Origin: an uncultured bacterium
Lineage (GTDB): Bacteria; Fermentibacterota; Fermentibacteria; Fermentibacterales; JCC-6
NCBI GenBank assembly: GCA_964423505.1
Contig: CAYREX010000002.1
Coordinates: 24,188 to 88,187, forward strand
DNA length: 64,000 nucleotides
Direction of reading: 5' to 3'
Below, in pieces: positions 51,384-61,580 of this stretch (the first letter of the stretch is position 1; each line of letters begins with the position of its first letter). Below the pieces are notes generated by a model. It had not been told where the DNA came from. It made no database searches and saw only the letters and a list, made by a program, of their open reading frames with translations. The position numbers were made by a program, and so were the translations under genes.

Positions 51384-52643
51384 TCACGGGGCGGGCAGAG
51401 ACCCCTCCATCCGCTCCTCGATGACCCGGGGGAGCCGTACCGAGCCGTCCTCGCGTGCGCCCCTCTCCACCAGGGCGGCGATTATCCTGGGCAGCGCAAG
51501 CGCCGAGCCGTTCAGGGTGTGGACGAAACCGGGCTTCCCTCCCCCGTCCGGGCGGAACCTGATTCGGCCCCTCCGGGCCTGGAAGTCGCGGAAGTTGGAG
51601 ACCGACGAGACCTCGAGCCACCTCTGCTGGCCGGCCGACCATACCTCGAGGTCGCAGCACCTGGCGGCCGCGAAGCTGAGGTCTCCGGTGGCGAGCAGCG
51701 AGACCCTGTAGGGCAGCTCCAGCTCCCGCAGTAGAGACTCGACGTAGGCGATCATCTCCTCCATGGCGCCGTCGGAGCGGTCCGGGTGCTCCAGCCTGAC
51801 CATCTCGACCTTCTCGAACTGGTGGACCCTGTTCAGGCCCCTCGTCTCGCGGCCGTAGCTGCCCGCCTCCCTCCTGAAGCAGGGAGTGTAGCCGACCAGC
51901 CTGACGGGAAGCTCAGACTCGTCCAGCATGGCCCCCCTGTAGAGGTTGGTTATCGGAACCTCGCCGGTGGGCACGAGGAAGAGGTCGTCCTGCTCCACCA
52001 GGTACATGTCCTCCTCAAGCTTCGGTATCTGGGCGGTGGTGGTCATGCTCTCCCTCGAGGCGAGGAAGGGCGTCCAGACCTCCTCCATTCCCGCCGCGGA
52101 GGCCCTGTCCATCATCCAGCCGATGAGCTCCCTCTGGAGCCTGGCGGCCCAGCCCCGGAGAACGACGAAGTTGGCGGCGGCCACCCCTGCGGCGGCGTCG
52201 CCGTCCAGCGTTTCCCCGAGTACCTCCCAGTGCGGCGCTGCGCCGCCTTCGCTTCCCGGCTCCCCCCACGAGCGGAGAACGGCGTTGTCCGACTCGTCCC
52301 GGCCCACGGGGACGTCTCCGTCCGGCAGGTTCGGGAAGGCCAGCTCCAGCTCGCCCAGCTCCTCTTCGAGCTCTGAGAGCTCTCCCTCCTCCCGGGAGAT
52401 GTCCCTCCCCACGGACCTGCTCTCTTCCATGAGCTCCCCGGCCTCGCCGCCCTCGCGCTTTATCCGGGAGACCTCCCGCGACAGCTCGTTCCTCCTTCGG
52501 CGCAGCTCCTCGATGCCTGTCAGGAGCTCCCTCCTGCGGGAGTCGACCTCCAGCCACCTATCTACGTGGCACGGCTCGCCCTTGGCCTCGCAGGCGCGTC
52601 TGACCCTCTCCGGGTCGTTCCTCAGAAGCTGTCTGTCCAGCAT
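51384..52643 (-). CDS. serS: serine--tRNA ligase
   Basis: MLDRQLLRNDPERVR...; N-terminal coiled-coil arm; class II motifs. Confidence 0.9.
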   Translation of the reverse strand: MLDRQLLRNDPERVRRACEAKGEPCHVDRWLEVDSRRRELLTGIEELRRRRNELSREVSRIKREGGEAGELMEESRSVGRDISREEGELSELEEELGELELAFPNLPDGDVPVGRDESDNAVLRSWGEPGSEGGAAPHWEVLGETLDGDAAAGVAAANFVVLRGWAARLQRELIGWMMDRASAAGMEEVWTPFLASRESMTTTAQIPKLEEDMYLVEQDDLFLVPTGEVPITNLYRGAMLDESELPVRLVGYTPCFRREAGSYGRETRGLNRVHQFEKVEMVRLEHPDRSDGAMEEMIAYVESLLRELELPYRVSLLATGDLSFAAARCCDLEVWSAGQQRWLEVSSVSNFRDFQARRGRIRFRPDGGGKPGFVHTLNGSALALPRIIAALVERGAREDGSVRLPRVIEERMEGSLPAP

Positions 52644-52688
52644 GTGCCTCACCCCCGGGAGCTTGTCATCTGTCGGTCAGTCGGGATA

Positions 52689-53042
52689 CTAGAGGATGCG
52701 GGGCAGGAAGACCAGAGCGCCCACCGCCATCGCCCCCAGAGACGCCAGCAGCACGGAGGCCGCGGCCAGGTCCTTGGCCTTTCGCACCAGGTCGTGCCGT
52801 TCCGGGGCCACGTGGTCCGACAGGAACTCCAGGGCGCTGTTCATGGCCTCCGAAGCCAGCACCAGCGCGGAGGCGAGCGCGACGAGGGCCCAGTCCCCGC
52901 TGCCTATCCGGAGCACGAGCCCGGCGACGGCCACGAGCGCCAGCGCCAGGAGGTGTATCCTGGCGTTCCTCTGGGTGGAGAAGAGCACGCGGACCCCCGC
53001 CAGGGCGTGGGCGAAGCTGGAGGCCAGGCCGTTCCCGCTCAT
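52689..53042 (-). CDS. dgkA: diacylglycerol kinase / undecaprenol kinase family (DgkA)
   Basis: ...FAHALAGVRVLFSTQRNARIHL...; 3 TM; 117 aa. Confidence 0.75.
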   Translation of the reverse strand: MSGNGLASSFAHALAGVRVLFSTQRNARIHLLALALVAVAGLVLRIGSGDWALVALASALVLASEAMNSALEFLSDHVAPERHDLVRKAKDLAAASVLLASLGAMAVGALVFLPRIL

Positions 53043-54187
53043 CCGTAGAAGGAGCGGAGCGCTCCGACCACCTCCTCCAGCTCGGCCTCGGTCAGCTCGC
53101 CGAACACCGGCAGGGAGAGCACCTCCGCGGAGGCCCGCTCCGACTCCGGCATGTCACCACTGCCGTAGCCGAGGTCCGAGAAGCACTCCTGGAGATGGAG
53201 CGGCAGAGGGTAGTAGACTGAGCACCCTATGCCCCGCTCCCTGAGGTGGGCGAGGAGCCCGTCGCGGTCCTCCGCCCTTATCGTGTACTGGTTGTAGACC
53301 GGATCCGCCCTCCGGTCCATGACCGGCGTCGCCACCTGCTCGAGGTCGGCCAGCGCCTCGTCGTAGTAGGCGGCGTTCCGCCTCCTGCCCTCGTGCCAGC
53401 CTTCCAGCGCCGGCAGCTTCACCCTGAGGAAGCCGGCCTGTATGGCGTCCATCCGGCTGTTGAAGCCGACCTCCGAGTGGAGGTAGCCGCTTCCGCCGTG
53501 CTCCCTCAGCCTGACCAGCCTCTCCCTGACCACCTCGCTGGGGGTGGTAACCAGTCCGGCGTCTCCGAGGGCACCGAGGTTCTTCGAGGGGAAGAAGCTG
53601 AAGCAGCCGGCCGCCCCGAGCGAACCGGCCGGCTCCCCCCGCCAGCTCGCCCCTATGGCCTGGCAGGCGTCCTCGACCACCGGGAGCCCCCAGTCGGAGG
53701 CCGTCCCGCCTATCGCGTCCATGTCCGCCACCTGCCCGAAGAGATGTACCGGGAGGATAGCGGCCACCCGGCGGCCGGTCACCCTGTCCACGACCCCCCT
53801 GTCGGTCACCACGCATCGGGAATCGAGCCATCCGTCGAGCTGCTCCGGGGCCATGTTGTAGGTCGCCGGTGAGATGTCCAGGAAGACCGGCGTGCCGCCG
53901 GCCCGGACCACCGCTCCGGCGGTGGCGAAGAATGTGAAGGGCGTGGTCAGGACCAGGTCGCCGCCGGAGACCCCGATCGCCATGAGCGAGAGTATCAGGG
54001 CGTCGGTGCCCGACGCGCATCCGACGGCGTACTCGACGCCGCAGTAGGAGGCCAACTCCTCCTCCAGCGCCTCCAGCTCGGGGCCCTTCACGAACCGGGA
54101 GCTGTCCAGGGCCCTGTCGAGCACCGCCCTGAGCTCCTCCATGAGCGGCTCGTGCTGCCTGTTGATGTCGAGCAGTGGAACCGGCAT
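53039..54187 (-). CDS. DegT/DnrJ/EryC1/StrS family PLP-dependent sugar aminotransferase (ArnB/PseC-like)
   Basis: ...GCASGTDALILSL...FFPSKNLGALGDAG...; Lys-containing PLP motif region. Confidence 0.85.
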   Translation of the reverse strand: MPVPLLDINRQHEPLMEELRAVLDRALDSSRFVKGPELEALEEELASYCGVEYAVGCASGTDALILSLMAIGVSGGDLVLTTPFTFFATAGAVVRAGGTPVFLDISPATYNMAPEQLDGWLDSRCVVTDRGVVDRVTGRRVAAILPVHLFGQVADMDAIGGTASDWGLPVVEDACQAIGASWRGEPAGSLGAAGCFSFFPSKNLGALGDAGLVTTPSEVVRERLVRLREHGGSGYLHSEVGFNSRMDAIQAGFLRVKLPALEGWHEGRRRNAAYYDEALADLEQVATPVMDRRADPVYNQYTIRAEDRDGLLAHLRERGIGCSVYYPLPLHLQECFSDLGYGSGDMPESERASAEVLSLPVFGELTEAELEEVVGALRSFYG

Positions 54188-54221
54188 CTGCCCGCCCCCT
54201 TCCTTCCCTCGGATGTCCCGG

Positions 54222-55622
54222 CTAGTGGGCCCCGGCGCCGGTGAGGACCACCTTGAGCGTCCTGGCCAGGATCTCTATGTCCAGGTATATCGACCTGTTC
54301 TCTATGTAGAAGAAGTCGAACTTGAGCTTGTCAGCGACGCTGTCCAGGTCGGTGTCGTACTCCAGCTTGACCTGCGCCCAGCCGGTCAGCCCCGGCTTGA
54401 CGGTCAGCCGCTTGGCGTAGAACGGGAACACCTTGCGGAGGTCCTCGACGAAAGCGGGACGCTCCGGACGGGGACCGACCACCGACATGTCCCCGGCGAG
54501 CACGTTCAGGAGCTGCGGGACCTCGTCCAGCCTGGTCCTCCGCAGCAGCTTTCCTACGCGGGTGACCCTCGGGTCGTTCCTGCCGGCCCAGACCGGTCCG
54601 CTCTTGCTCTCCGCGTCCTGCACCATGCTCCTGAACTTGTATATGCGGAAGACCTTCCCGCCCAGGCCGACCCGCTCCTGGCGGTAGAAGACGGGGCCCC
54701 TGGAATCGAGCCTGATGGCGGCTGCCACGATTATCCACAGAGGCATCCCCGCCAGTATGGTGACTATGCTGATGCCGTAGTCCATGAACACCTTCAGCAG
54801 CTTCTGCCCGTAGCTGAGCCGCTCGGCCATGATGCTCATGAGCGGCTGCCCCATTATCTGGGTGCTGTGTACGTGGCCGGCGACCACGTCGAACAGGTCC
54901 GGCACGGCCTTGACCCTCGCGCCGGTGACGGCTGCCGGGAGCAGCAGCGAAAGGATGTCCTCGTGGAAGTTCGAGGCTATGGTTACCAGCAGCTCGTCGA
55001 CCCCGTGCCCGGAGATCAGCTCCTCCAGGTCCGCGACACCTCCGAGTATCGCCTCATCCGGCACGGCCCTCTCCATCTCCCCGACGCCGTCGGCCTCGAC
55101 GAAGCCGACTATCCGGTAGCCGAGCGCCGGGTTGTTCCTCAGGTTCTCCGCCAGGGTCACCGCCTGCTCGCCGGTGCCGACCACCAGAGCCTTCCTGTAG
55201 AGCCGTCCCCGCCTCGAGAGACGCCTCTCCAGGAGCCTGGCCACCCCGCGGGAGGCGAAGAGGAAGAGGATTAGGAGGGCGTAGTAGAAGATGATTATCC
55301 ACCGCCCTACGGAGGTGGAGGGCGCTATCAGGAACGCACCGAAGAAGAGGACAATGAACCCGGTGGTGACCGGCCTCATGACCAGCCTGAGCTCGTCGGC
55401 CCAGCTCATGTCCCAGTGGGGCCTGTAGGCGCCGGAGAGGAAGAGGATGGCCCACCAGAACGGCAGCGAGAAGAGGGCGCCCTCCAGCACCATCCGGGGG
55501 GCCATGGGCATGGCCTCCGGGAAGAGGCTGGAGTCGAACTTCAGCCAGGCGGCCACCACCATGGCCATGAAGACCGCGATGCCGTCGAGGATGAAGCCCA
55601 TCAGGGCTACCCTGCGCTTCAT
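54222..55622 (-). CDS. polyprenyl-phosphate hexose-1-phosphate transferase (WbaP/EpsB-like initiating sugar transferase)
   Basis: N-terminal TM helices and a Rossmann-like linker. C-terminal bacterial sugar-transferase domain (...VGPRPERPAFVEDL...GLTGWAQV...). Confidence 0.8.
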   Translation of the reverse strand: MKRRVALMGFILDGIAVFMAMVVAAWLKFDSSLFPEAMPMAPRMVLEGALFSLPFWWAILFLSGAYRPHWDMSWADELRLVMRPVTTGFIVLFFGAFLIAPSTSVGRWIIIFYYALLILFLFASRGVARLLERRLSRRGRLYRKALVVGTGEQAVTLAENLRNNPALGYRIVGFVEADGVGEMERAVPDEAILGGVADLEELISGHGVDELLVTIASNFHEDILSLLLPAAVTGARVKAVPDLFDVVAGHVHSTQIMGQPLMSIMAERLSYGQKLLKVFMDYGISIVTILAGMPLWIIVAAAIRLDSRGPVFYRQERVGLGGKVFRIYKFRSMVQDAESKSGPVWAGRNDPRVTRVGKLLRRTRLDEVPQLLNVLAGDMSVVGPRPERPAFVEDLRKVFPFYAKRLTVKPGLTGWAQVKLEYDTDLDSVADKLKFDFFYIENRSIYLDIEILARTLKVVLTGAGAH

Positions 55623-56749
55623 CCCGAGTCGCCCCCTCTGCTGCTGTCCCAGGTCTCCACCGGCCTGCCCAGGGCTGTCTTGGCGATTCCCGTCAGCGAG
55701 GCCGCGTTCATCAGCCAGAACACATACGGGAAAGAGAGCGGAGACGGTAGCCTCCCGCCGGATGCCAGTCCGGCCAGCGCCAGGGCATGGAAGGCGCACA
55801 GCGCCGCCAGGATCGCTCCATAGGGGGGGGTCGCCGCCAGGAGGCAGGCCGTTGCGGTGGAGAGGACCAGGAAGAGGCCGGTCAGCCAGCGGAGGAGCTT
55901 GTGGAAGAGGAGCTGCAGGAAGAGGCCGACCCTTCCCGAAGCCATCGCCCTGCCCATGAGCATCACGCAGCTGACGCTCATCCAGCTGGATATCCTGACC
56001 AGCCTGCGGAACTGCCTCCTGTCGTCTGGGGAGGGCTCCTCCGCCACCGCCCTCTCCTCGAAGAGGCACCGGTAGCCCCGGACACGGGCCATGGCAGCCA
56101 GCTCGAAGTCGTCGGCCCTGCGGGGGGAGAGAGGCTCGTAGGCCTCGCGCCTGAGGGCGAAGATCGCCCCGGTGGCGCCGAGGACCGCCCCCAGACGGGA
56201 GCAGAGACTCTTCAGCGCCTTCTCGTACCGCCAGTAGATGCTCTCGCTTGTCGGAGAGTCCAGGCTGTTCACCCTGGCCCCGTCCACGCAGCCCACGCGG
56301 GGGTCGGCGAACGGAGCAACCAGCCGCCTGACGGCGTCGGGGGCGAACACGGTGTCCGCGTCGGTCATGACCAGGACCTCGCCGGCCGACATCTCCTCGA
56401 GCCTGCCGATGATGCCCGGCTTTCCCAGCCTCTGTCCGCTCCTGTACAGCCTCACGCCCCTGTCGGCGAAGCCGGAGACAATCTCGTCTGTCCGGTCGGT
56501 GGAGCTGTCCGACCCGACCAGCACCTCCAGCTCTCCCGGATAATCCTGGTCGAGCAGGTTCAGTATCCTGTCGCCTATGTGCTCCTCCTCGTTCCTGGCC
56601 GCCAGCAGGACGCCGACCGCCGGCCACTCGACCGGCTCCGGCAGGCTGCGCCTGCGGGTCAGGACGGAGGCCAGCAGCAGGACCAGCGGGTACAGCAGCC
56701 AGGAGGAGGCCGAGAGACCGAGGAAGGTCCAGAAGAGCGCCTCCGCCAT
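55619..56749 (-). CDS. membrane-bound family-2 glycosyltransferase
   Basis: ...VGVLLAARNEEEHI...VLVGSDSSTDRTDEI... (GT2 DxD region), with N- and C-terminal TM helices. Stop overlaps the WbaP ATG (ATGA). Confidence 0.7.
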   Translation of the reverse strand: MAEALFWTFLGLSASSWLLYPLVLLLASVLTRRRSLPEPVEWPAVGVLLAARNEEEHIGDRILNLLDQDYPGELEVLVGSDSSTDRTDEIVSGFADRGVRLYRSGQRLGKPGIIGRLEEMSAGEVLVMTDADTVFAPDAVRRLVAPFADPRVGCVDGARVNSLDSPTSESIYWRYEKALKSLCSRLGAVLGATGAIFALRREAYEPLSPRRADDFELAAMARVRGYRCLFEERAVAEEPSPDDRRQFRRLVRISSWMSVSCVMLMGRAMASGRVGLFLQLLFHKLLRWLTGLFLVLSTATACLLAATPPYGAILAALCAFHALALAGLASGGRLPSPLSFPYVFWLMNAASLTGIAKTALGRPVETWDSSRGGDSG

Positions 56750-56753
56750 GACG

Positions 56754-58208
56754 TCAGCGCCTCCTTACGAACAGGTGCCGCCTGAAGGTGCCGAAGGCCT
56801 TGAGGGTTCGTCTGCCCTCGGTCAGGGGGTGCCTCAGGGTCTGGAGCGCCTTGTAGAGGAGGTAGGAGGGCCTGAGGTAGAACCGCCTCCTGGCCTCGTC
56901 GCACCACGAGACCAGCCGGTCGGCCGGGAGGCCGGGCAGGTCGACCACGCAGTTGTGAAGACCATCCGGGGTGACCCATCGGTCGAAGCTGCGCGTCCGC
57001 AGCATGCCCTCGGCGGCGTACTCGTCGTAGAGCCTGGTTCCCGGGTAGGCCATGATGGGGAAGAACTGGGCGGTGTCCGGCGCCAGGTCCACGGCCATGC
57101 GGAAGGTCTGCTCCAGCGTCCGTTCCGTCTCCCCCGGGTTGCCGGCCATGAAGCAGCCGTGGACCAGCAGCCCGGCCCTCCTCGCCCTGGAGGCGAACTC
57201 CCTGTTCTGCTCGACCGTCGTCCCCTTGGAGACGCCGTCGAGTATCTCCTGGGCGCCGCTCTCGTAGCCGACGATTATCAGCCTGCACCCGGCCGCCCTC
57301 ATCTTCCTCATGGCCTCCAGGGAGAGGTTGGCCCGCACGTTGGCGGTCCATGGAAGGCGGTTGCCCGCGCGCAGAAGAGCCTCGGAGACCTCCTCCACCC
57401 TCGAGCTGTCTATCGAGAAGGTATCGTCCTCGATGACCACCTCCCTGACCTGAGGGAAGCGCTCGGCGAAGAGGGCCATCTCCTCGGCCACGTGCCCCGG
57501 GGACCTGACGCGGTACCTTCCCCTGTGCATGACCTGCGGCCAGACGCAGAAGGAGCACCTGTACGGGCACCCCCTGCTGGTGATGGTCATCACGCTCGGA
57601 TACCTGGCCGCTGCGAAGAAGTAGTCCTCGGGCCGCAGGTGCCGGCCGTAGACGTCGGCCAGGAATGGGAGAGAGTCCAGGTCCGATATCATCTCCCGCT
57701 CGCCGGTGGCCACCGTCCCGCCATCCCGGGAGAGGACGAGCCCCGGCACGTCCGCCGGGTCCGTCTCCCCCTCCAGGGCCGCGGCCAGCTCCGTCACCGT
57801 GATGTCGTACTCCCCTGCCGCGACGGCGTCCAGGGAGGGGGCGAGCGCCAGGCAGTGATCGGGCAGGGCGCTGGCATGGGTGCCCACCAGCACGACGAAA
57901 GCCTCCGGGAGGGCGGCCTTCGCCATGGAGGCAAGACGCAGGTCGGAGTATATGGACGGCGTCGAGGTGTCCATGACCACCAACCCCGGAGAGATATCCA
58001 CCAGCCCTGCCATGAGCTCGCCCTCCCCGATGCCGGCAGCCGGGCAGTCCAGAAGCCTGACCTCGTGGCCGGCCTCCTCCAGCGAGCCGGTGGCATGCGC
58101 CAGCCAGAAGGGCCAGTAGAGGGTACCGCTCTTGTTAATCGCGGGGGAGCGGGAGGTCCTGGAGAACCGGCCGTCCATGAAGGGCGGGTTCACGACGCAG
58201 ACCCTCAT
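56754..58208 (-). CDS. B12-binding-domain radical SAM protein (class B)
   Basis: N-terminal cobalamin-binding-like domain. CPYRCSFCVWP radical SAM motif. 484 aa, embedded among polysaccharide genes. Confidence 0.8.
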   Translation of the reverse strand: MRVCVVNPPFMDGRFSRTSRSPAINKSGTLYWPFWLAHATGSLEEAGHEVRLLDCPAAGIGEGELMAGLVDISPGLVVMDTSTPSIYSDLRLASMAKAALPEAFVVLVGTHASALPDHCLALAPSLDAVAAGEYDITVTELAAALEGETDPADVPGLVLSRDGGTVATGEREMISDLDSLPFLADVYGRHLRPEDYFFAAARYPSVMTITSRGCPYRCSFCVWPQVMHRGRYRVRSPGHVAEEMALFAERFPQVREVVIEDDTFSIDSSRVEEVSEALLRAGNRLPWTANVRANLSLEAMRKMRAAGCRLIIVGYESGAQEILDGVSKGTTVEQNREFASRARRAGLLVHGCFMAGNPGETERTLEQTFRMAVDLAPDTAQFFPIMAYPGTRLYDEYAAEGMLRTRSFDRWVTPDGLHNCVVDLPGLPADRLVSWCDEARRRFYLRPSYLLYKALQTLRHPLTEGRRTLKAFGTFRRHLFVRRR

Positions 58209-59299
58209 CGCATCGCTCCCTCCACGCCCTCGGCGAACGCCTCCGCCGCCCTCTCCCAGGTGAGCTCGGACGCCCTCCGCCTTCCCCGGACGGAGAGGTC
58301 GCGCCTCAGTTCCGGGTCCGACAGCAGCTCCGCTGCGCCGCGCATGATGTCGGTGACCGACGTCGGGTCCACGAGTACTCCCGCTCCCTCCACGAGCTCC
58401 TCCAGCGCGGTGCCGGATGAGACGAGAACCGGCGCCCCGCCCGCCATCGCCTCCAGCGCCGGAAGGCCGAAGCCCTCCTGCAGAGAGGGCATGAGCAGCG
58501 CCGCGCACGAGCGGTAGAGCTCCCTGAGCTCCTCCTCGTTGATGCCGGAGACCACGTTGATGGAGTCGGCCGCCGGGCTCTCCCGTACCTCCCGCATCAG
58601 GGAGGGCAGCGCCCTGTCCCGCCTTACCACCATGAGCAGCTCCGGGATGTCGCCGCCGGTCAGGGCGTGCAGCCTGCCGTAGGCCACCACTAGCCTGGTC
58701 AGGTTCTTGTAGGCCCTGGCGTTGCCGACGTAGAGCAGGAACCCCTCCTCCCTCTCCCCCCCCTCGCGCTCCGGGTCGAAGAGCTCCTGGCCCTCCCCGG
58801 TGACGAAGGCCAGGCGGCCGGTGCCCGGGAAGGTCTCCTCCAGCTCGCGCAGCGTCGCCCGGGAGGGGACGGCTATCCCGCTGGCGTGGGCCAGCGACCT
58901 GCCTATCCTCCTCCTGAAGTAGAACCTCGAGGGGAGGTTCCGGACCGGGTTCGGACCGAAGTAGCCCGGGAGGTTGAGCACCATCAGGTCGTGGACCGTG
59001 TAGATGGAGGGGACGTCCGGGCACGGCCCGGCCATGGAGAAGCTGGCGTAAGCGTCGGCGCCGGTATCCGAGACCAGGCCCGCGACGGCGCGGTCCTCCC
59101 CGGGCCTGAACCTCGGCGCGTCGCAGAGCAGCACCTCCACGCCGGTGTCCCGGAGGTGCCGCTCCCCTCCGGCGCCGACCGCAACGGAGAGCCTCCAGCC
59201 GGGACGGACATCCCGGAGACGCGACGTTATCCCCAGCGAGTAGCGGCCGATGCCGTCGACCTGCGCCTGGAGAGCCCTGGCGTCTAGGAGAAGGTGCAT
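58205..59299 (-). CDS. glycosyltransferase family 4
   Basis: GT-B C-terminal motif (...LLMPSLQEGFGLPALEAMAGGAPVLVS...). Stop overlaps the B12-rSAM ATG (ATGA). Confidence 0.75.
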   Translation of the reverse strand: MHLLLDARALQAQVDGIGRYSLGITSRLRDVRPGWRLSVAVGAGGERHLRDTGVEVLLCDAPRFRPGEDRAVAGLVSDTGADAYASFSMAGPCPDVPSIYTVHDLMVLNLPGYFGPNPVRNLPSRFYFRRRIGRSLAHASGIAVPSRATLRELEETFPGTGRLAFVTGEGQELFDPEREGGEREEGFLLYVGNARAYKNLTRLVVAYGRLHALTGGDIPELLMVVRRDRALPSLMREVRESPAADSINVVSGINEEELRELYRSCAALLMPSLQEGFGLPALEAMAGGAPVLVSSGTALEELVEGAGVLVDPTSVTDIMRGAAELLSDPELRRDLSVRGRRRASELTWERAAEAFAEGVEGAMR

Positions 59300-59368
59300 A
59301 GGCCACTCCCGGTAAGTTCGTATCTCGGGGCGAGCAGGGCGGAAGATACGGCCTCGAACGGGGTCAAG

Positions 59369-60571
59369 TCAGCGTCCGCCCTCCCGGGCCATGGACATCA
59401 GTATGTCTCCCAGCCGTCCGGCGGCCCCGTCCAGGGTCCTCTCCACGGTCACGGTCTCCACGCCGCCGGCGAGCATACGATGCCTGAGGCCGGGGTCGGA
59501 CATCACGCGGGAGAGGGCCTCCGCCATATCCTCCGGCCTGCGGGCGACCAACAGCCCGTTCCTGCCGTCCACGACGCTCTCGGTGAAGCCGCCCTCGCGG
59601 ACCGCTATGACGGGCGTACCGCAGGCCATTCCCTCCAGCGGGACCAGCCCGTACGGCTCGCGGTGCTGGCAGCAGAGCACGGCCCGGGCTCCCCTGTACA
59701 GCTCCCTCACCCGACCGTCCGGAGCGCCCCGGAGCACCTCCAGCCGGACCCCCCTTCTCCCGGCCTCCTCCTCCAGCCGCTCTCGGTATCCGGGTAGCTC
59801 CCTGTCGCCGACCACCACCAGACCGGGACGCTCCTCCTCCGGGAGCAGGCCCAGGGTCTCCACCGCCATGCCGTGTCCCTTGAAGGGCCAGAGGGCCCCG
59901 ACGCTGAGGACGTATGGCCGGGAGGGTGGCGATGGCCCCGGACGGAAGAAGGAGAGGTCCACCCCCGGGCTGACCACCTCGGCGCTCCTGCCGTAGATGG
60001 TCCCGACCAGGCGGGCCATCCATCCGGAGAGGGTCAGCACCCGCCCGGCCGCCTCCACCGATTCGCGGTCCATCCGCGCCTCGGCCCTCCGCAGGGGCGA
60101 GAGGAGCAGCCTGGCCAGGGGGCTGCGGGCCCTGAGCACTACGTCCGGCTCGTATATGTGCCTCGGGTACTCGTAGCAGAAGTACGCCGCCGGTACCTCC
60201 AGGTACCGGAGGAGTGGAGGGGCGGCCACCAGCATGGAGCCGTGGACCAGGACCACGTCCGACTCCCGCTCCAGGACGCCTGCCATTCTCGAGCAGAGCC
60301 TCTCCAGCGCCCTCAGCCTGGCGGGGGCGGTCAGCGGGGCGGCCAGCCTTCGGAGACCGGAGAGCCTCCTGCCTGCGCGGAAGGGCCATTCGCGGACGTC
60401 CAGCCCGCTCTCCCCGAGAGACGCGGCCCCCTCCGGGCAGTGCACCCTAACCTCGAACCTCCCGGACAGGCGGGAGAGCAGCTGTCCCGCTACCCTGACA
60501 CCGCCGCCGGAGGGCAGGTGGTGGAACACGCCGAGCCTAGGCACGTTCGCCGCCGGGCGCGCTTCGTCCAT
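59369..60571 (-). CDS. glycosyltransferase family 4
   Basis: ...LCCQHREPYGLVPLEGMACGTPVIAVREGG... GT1-type EX7E region. Confidence 0.7.
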   Translation of the reverse strand: MDEARPAANVPRLGVFHHLPSGGGVRVAGQLLSRLSGRFEVRVHCPEGAASLGESGLDVREWPFRAGRRLSGLRRLAAPLTAPARLRALERLCSRMAGVLERESDVVLVHGSMLVAAPPLLRYLEVPAAYFCYEYPRHIYEPDVVLRARSPLARLLLSPLRRAEARMDRESVEAAGRVLTLSGWMARLVGTIYGRSAEVVSPGVDLSFFRPGPSPPSRPYVLSVGALWPFKGHGMAVETLGLLPEEERPGLVVVGDRELPGYRERLEEEAGRRGVRLEVLRGAPDGRVRELYRGARAVLCCQHREPYGLVPLEGMACGTPVIAVREGGFTESVVDGRNGLLVARRPEDMAEALSRVMSDPGLRHRMLAGGVETVTVERTLDGAAGRLGDILMSMAREGGR

Positions 60572-60671
60572 CTCCCTCCGTCCAGGCTCTGCTCGTGCGG
60601 AAAGGTCGATTGCTTATATTGTCCGCTGGAAACTAATACCGCGAGGTCCATCTCTCAAGTTGGGGAGCCAC

Positions 60672-61580
60672 TTGAAAATAGCCTCGGTCGTAGTCAACTA
60701 CGGTCAATGGGAGCTGACAGCGAGGTGCCTGGAGTCGCTGCGCGCCTCCAGGGGGGTCGACGTGGTCACGGTGCTCGTCGACAACGCCTCCCCCGGCGGG
60801 ATTCCGGGCTGGGCGGGGGATCCCGTGCCCGGTCACGTCTTCCTCCCCCTCGGCGACAACCTGGGTTTCGCCGGCGGATGCAACGCCGGGTTCGAGGAGT
60901 CCAGGAGACTGGGGGCGGAGCTGACCTTCTTCCTCAACAACGACGCGGTGGTGGAGCCGGATACCCTGCGGGAGCTGGCCCTCTTCATGTCGGAGACGAC
61001 CGACGCCGGCGTGGTCACCCCGGCGGTCTTCTTCGACGGCGAGAGGGACCTCGTCTGGAGCGCCGGCGGCCTTCTGAACAGGTGGGGGGCGAATCTCAGG
61101 CAGAAGGTTTTCCCGACAAGAAGCGACCTGCCGGATGGGCCGGTGGAGACCGACTTCGCCTCCGGATGCGCCATGATGGTCAGGAGCGGCCTCTTCGGGC
61201 GGCTCGGCGGCTTCAGGGAGGACTACTTCATGTACTACGAGGACGCCGAGCTCTGCCTCAGGGTGCAGGGGGAGGGCTACCGCGTCTACCTCCTGCCGAC
61301 CGCCTCGGCCTATCACCGCGTCGGCTCGAGCGCCGGAGGCGAGATATCTCCGCTCTCGGTCTACTACTCCTTCCGCAACCGCTTCTTCTACTCGCGGGAG
61401 GCGCTGTCCCTCCCGATGCGCGCCTGGTTCCTGCTCTACTACGCAGGGACCCTCCTCAAGAGGATAGCCCTCTACCTGCTCAAGATGCGCAGGCCGGAGC
61501 TGGTCCCGGCGATAGTCCGGGCGGCCGCCCACGCCCTGACCGGCCGGTCGGGCCGAAGGCACCCGGAGGCCCGGCGATGA
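60672..61580 (+). CDS. glycosyltransferase family 2 (rhamnosyltransferase-like)
   Basis: LKIASVVVNYGQWELTARCLESL...VDNASPGG...YYEDAELCLR (GT2 motifs). TTG start inferred; no strong RBS. Confidence 0.65.
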   Translation: MKIASVVVNYGQWELTARCLESLRASRGVDVVTVLVDNASPGGIPGWAGDPVPGHVFLPLGDNLGFAGGCNAGFEESRRLGAELTFFLNNDAVVEPDTLRELALFMSETTDAGVVTPAVFFDGERDLVWSAGGLLNRWGANLRQKVFPTRSDLPDGPVETDFASGCAMMVRSGLFGRLGGFREDYFMYYEDAELCLRVQGEGYRVYLLPTASAYHRVGSSAGGEISPLSVYYSFRNRFFYSREALSLPMRAWFLLYYAGTLLKRIALYLLKMRRPELVPAIVRAAAHALTGRSGRRHPEARR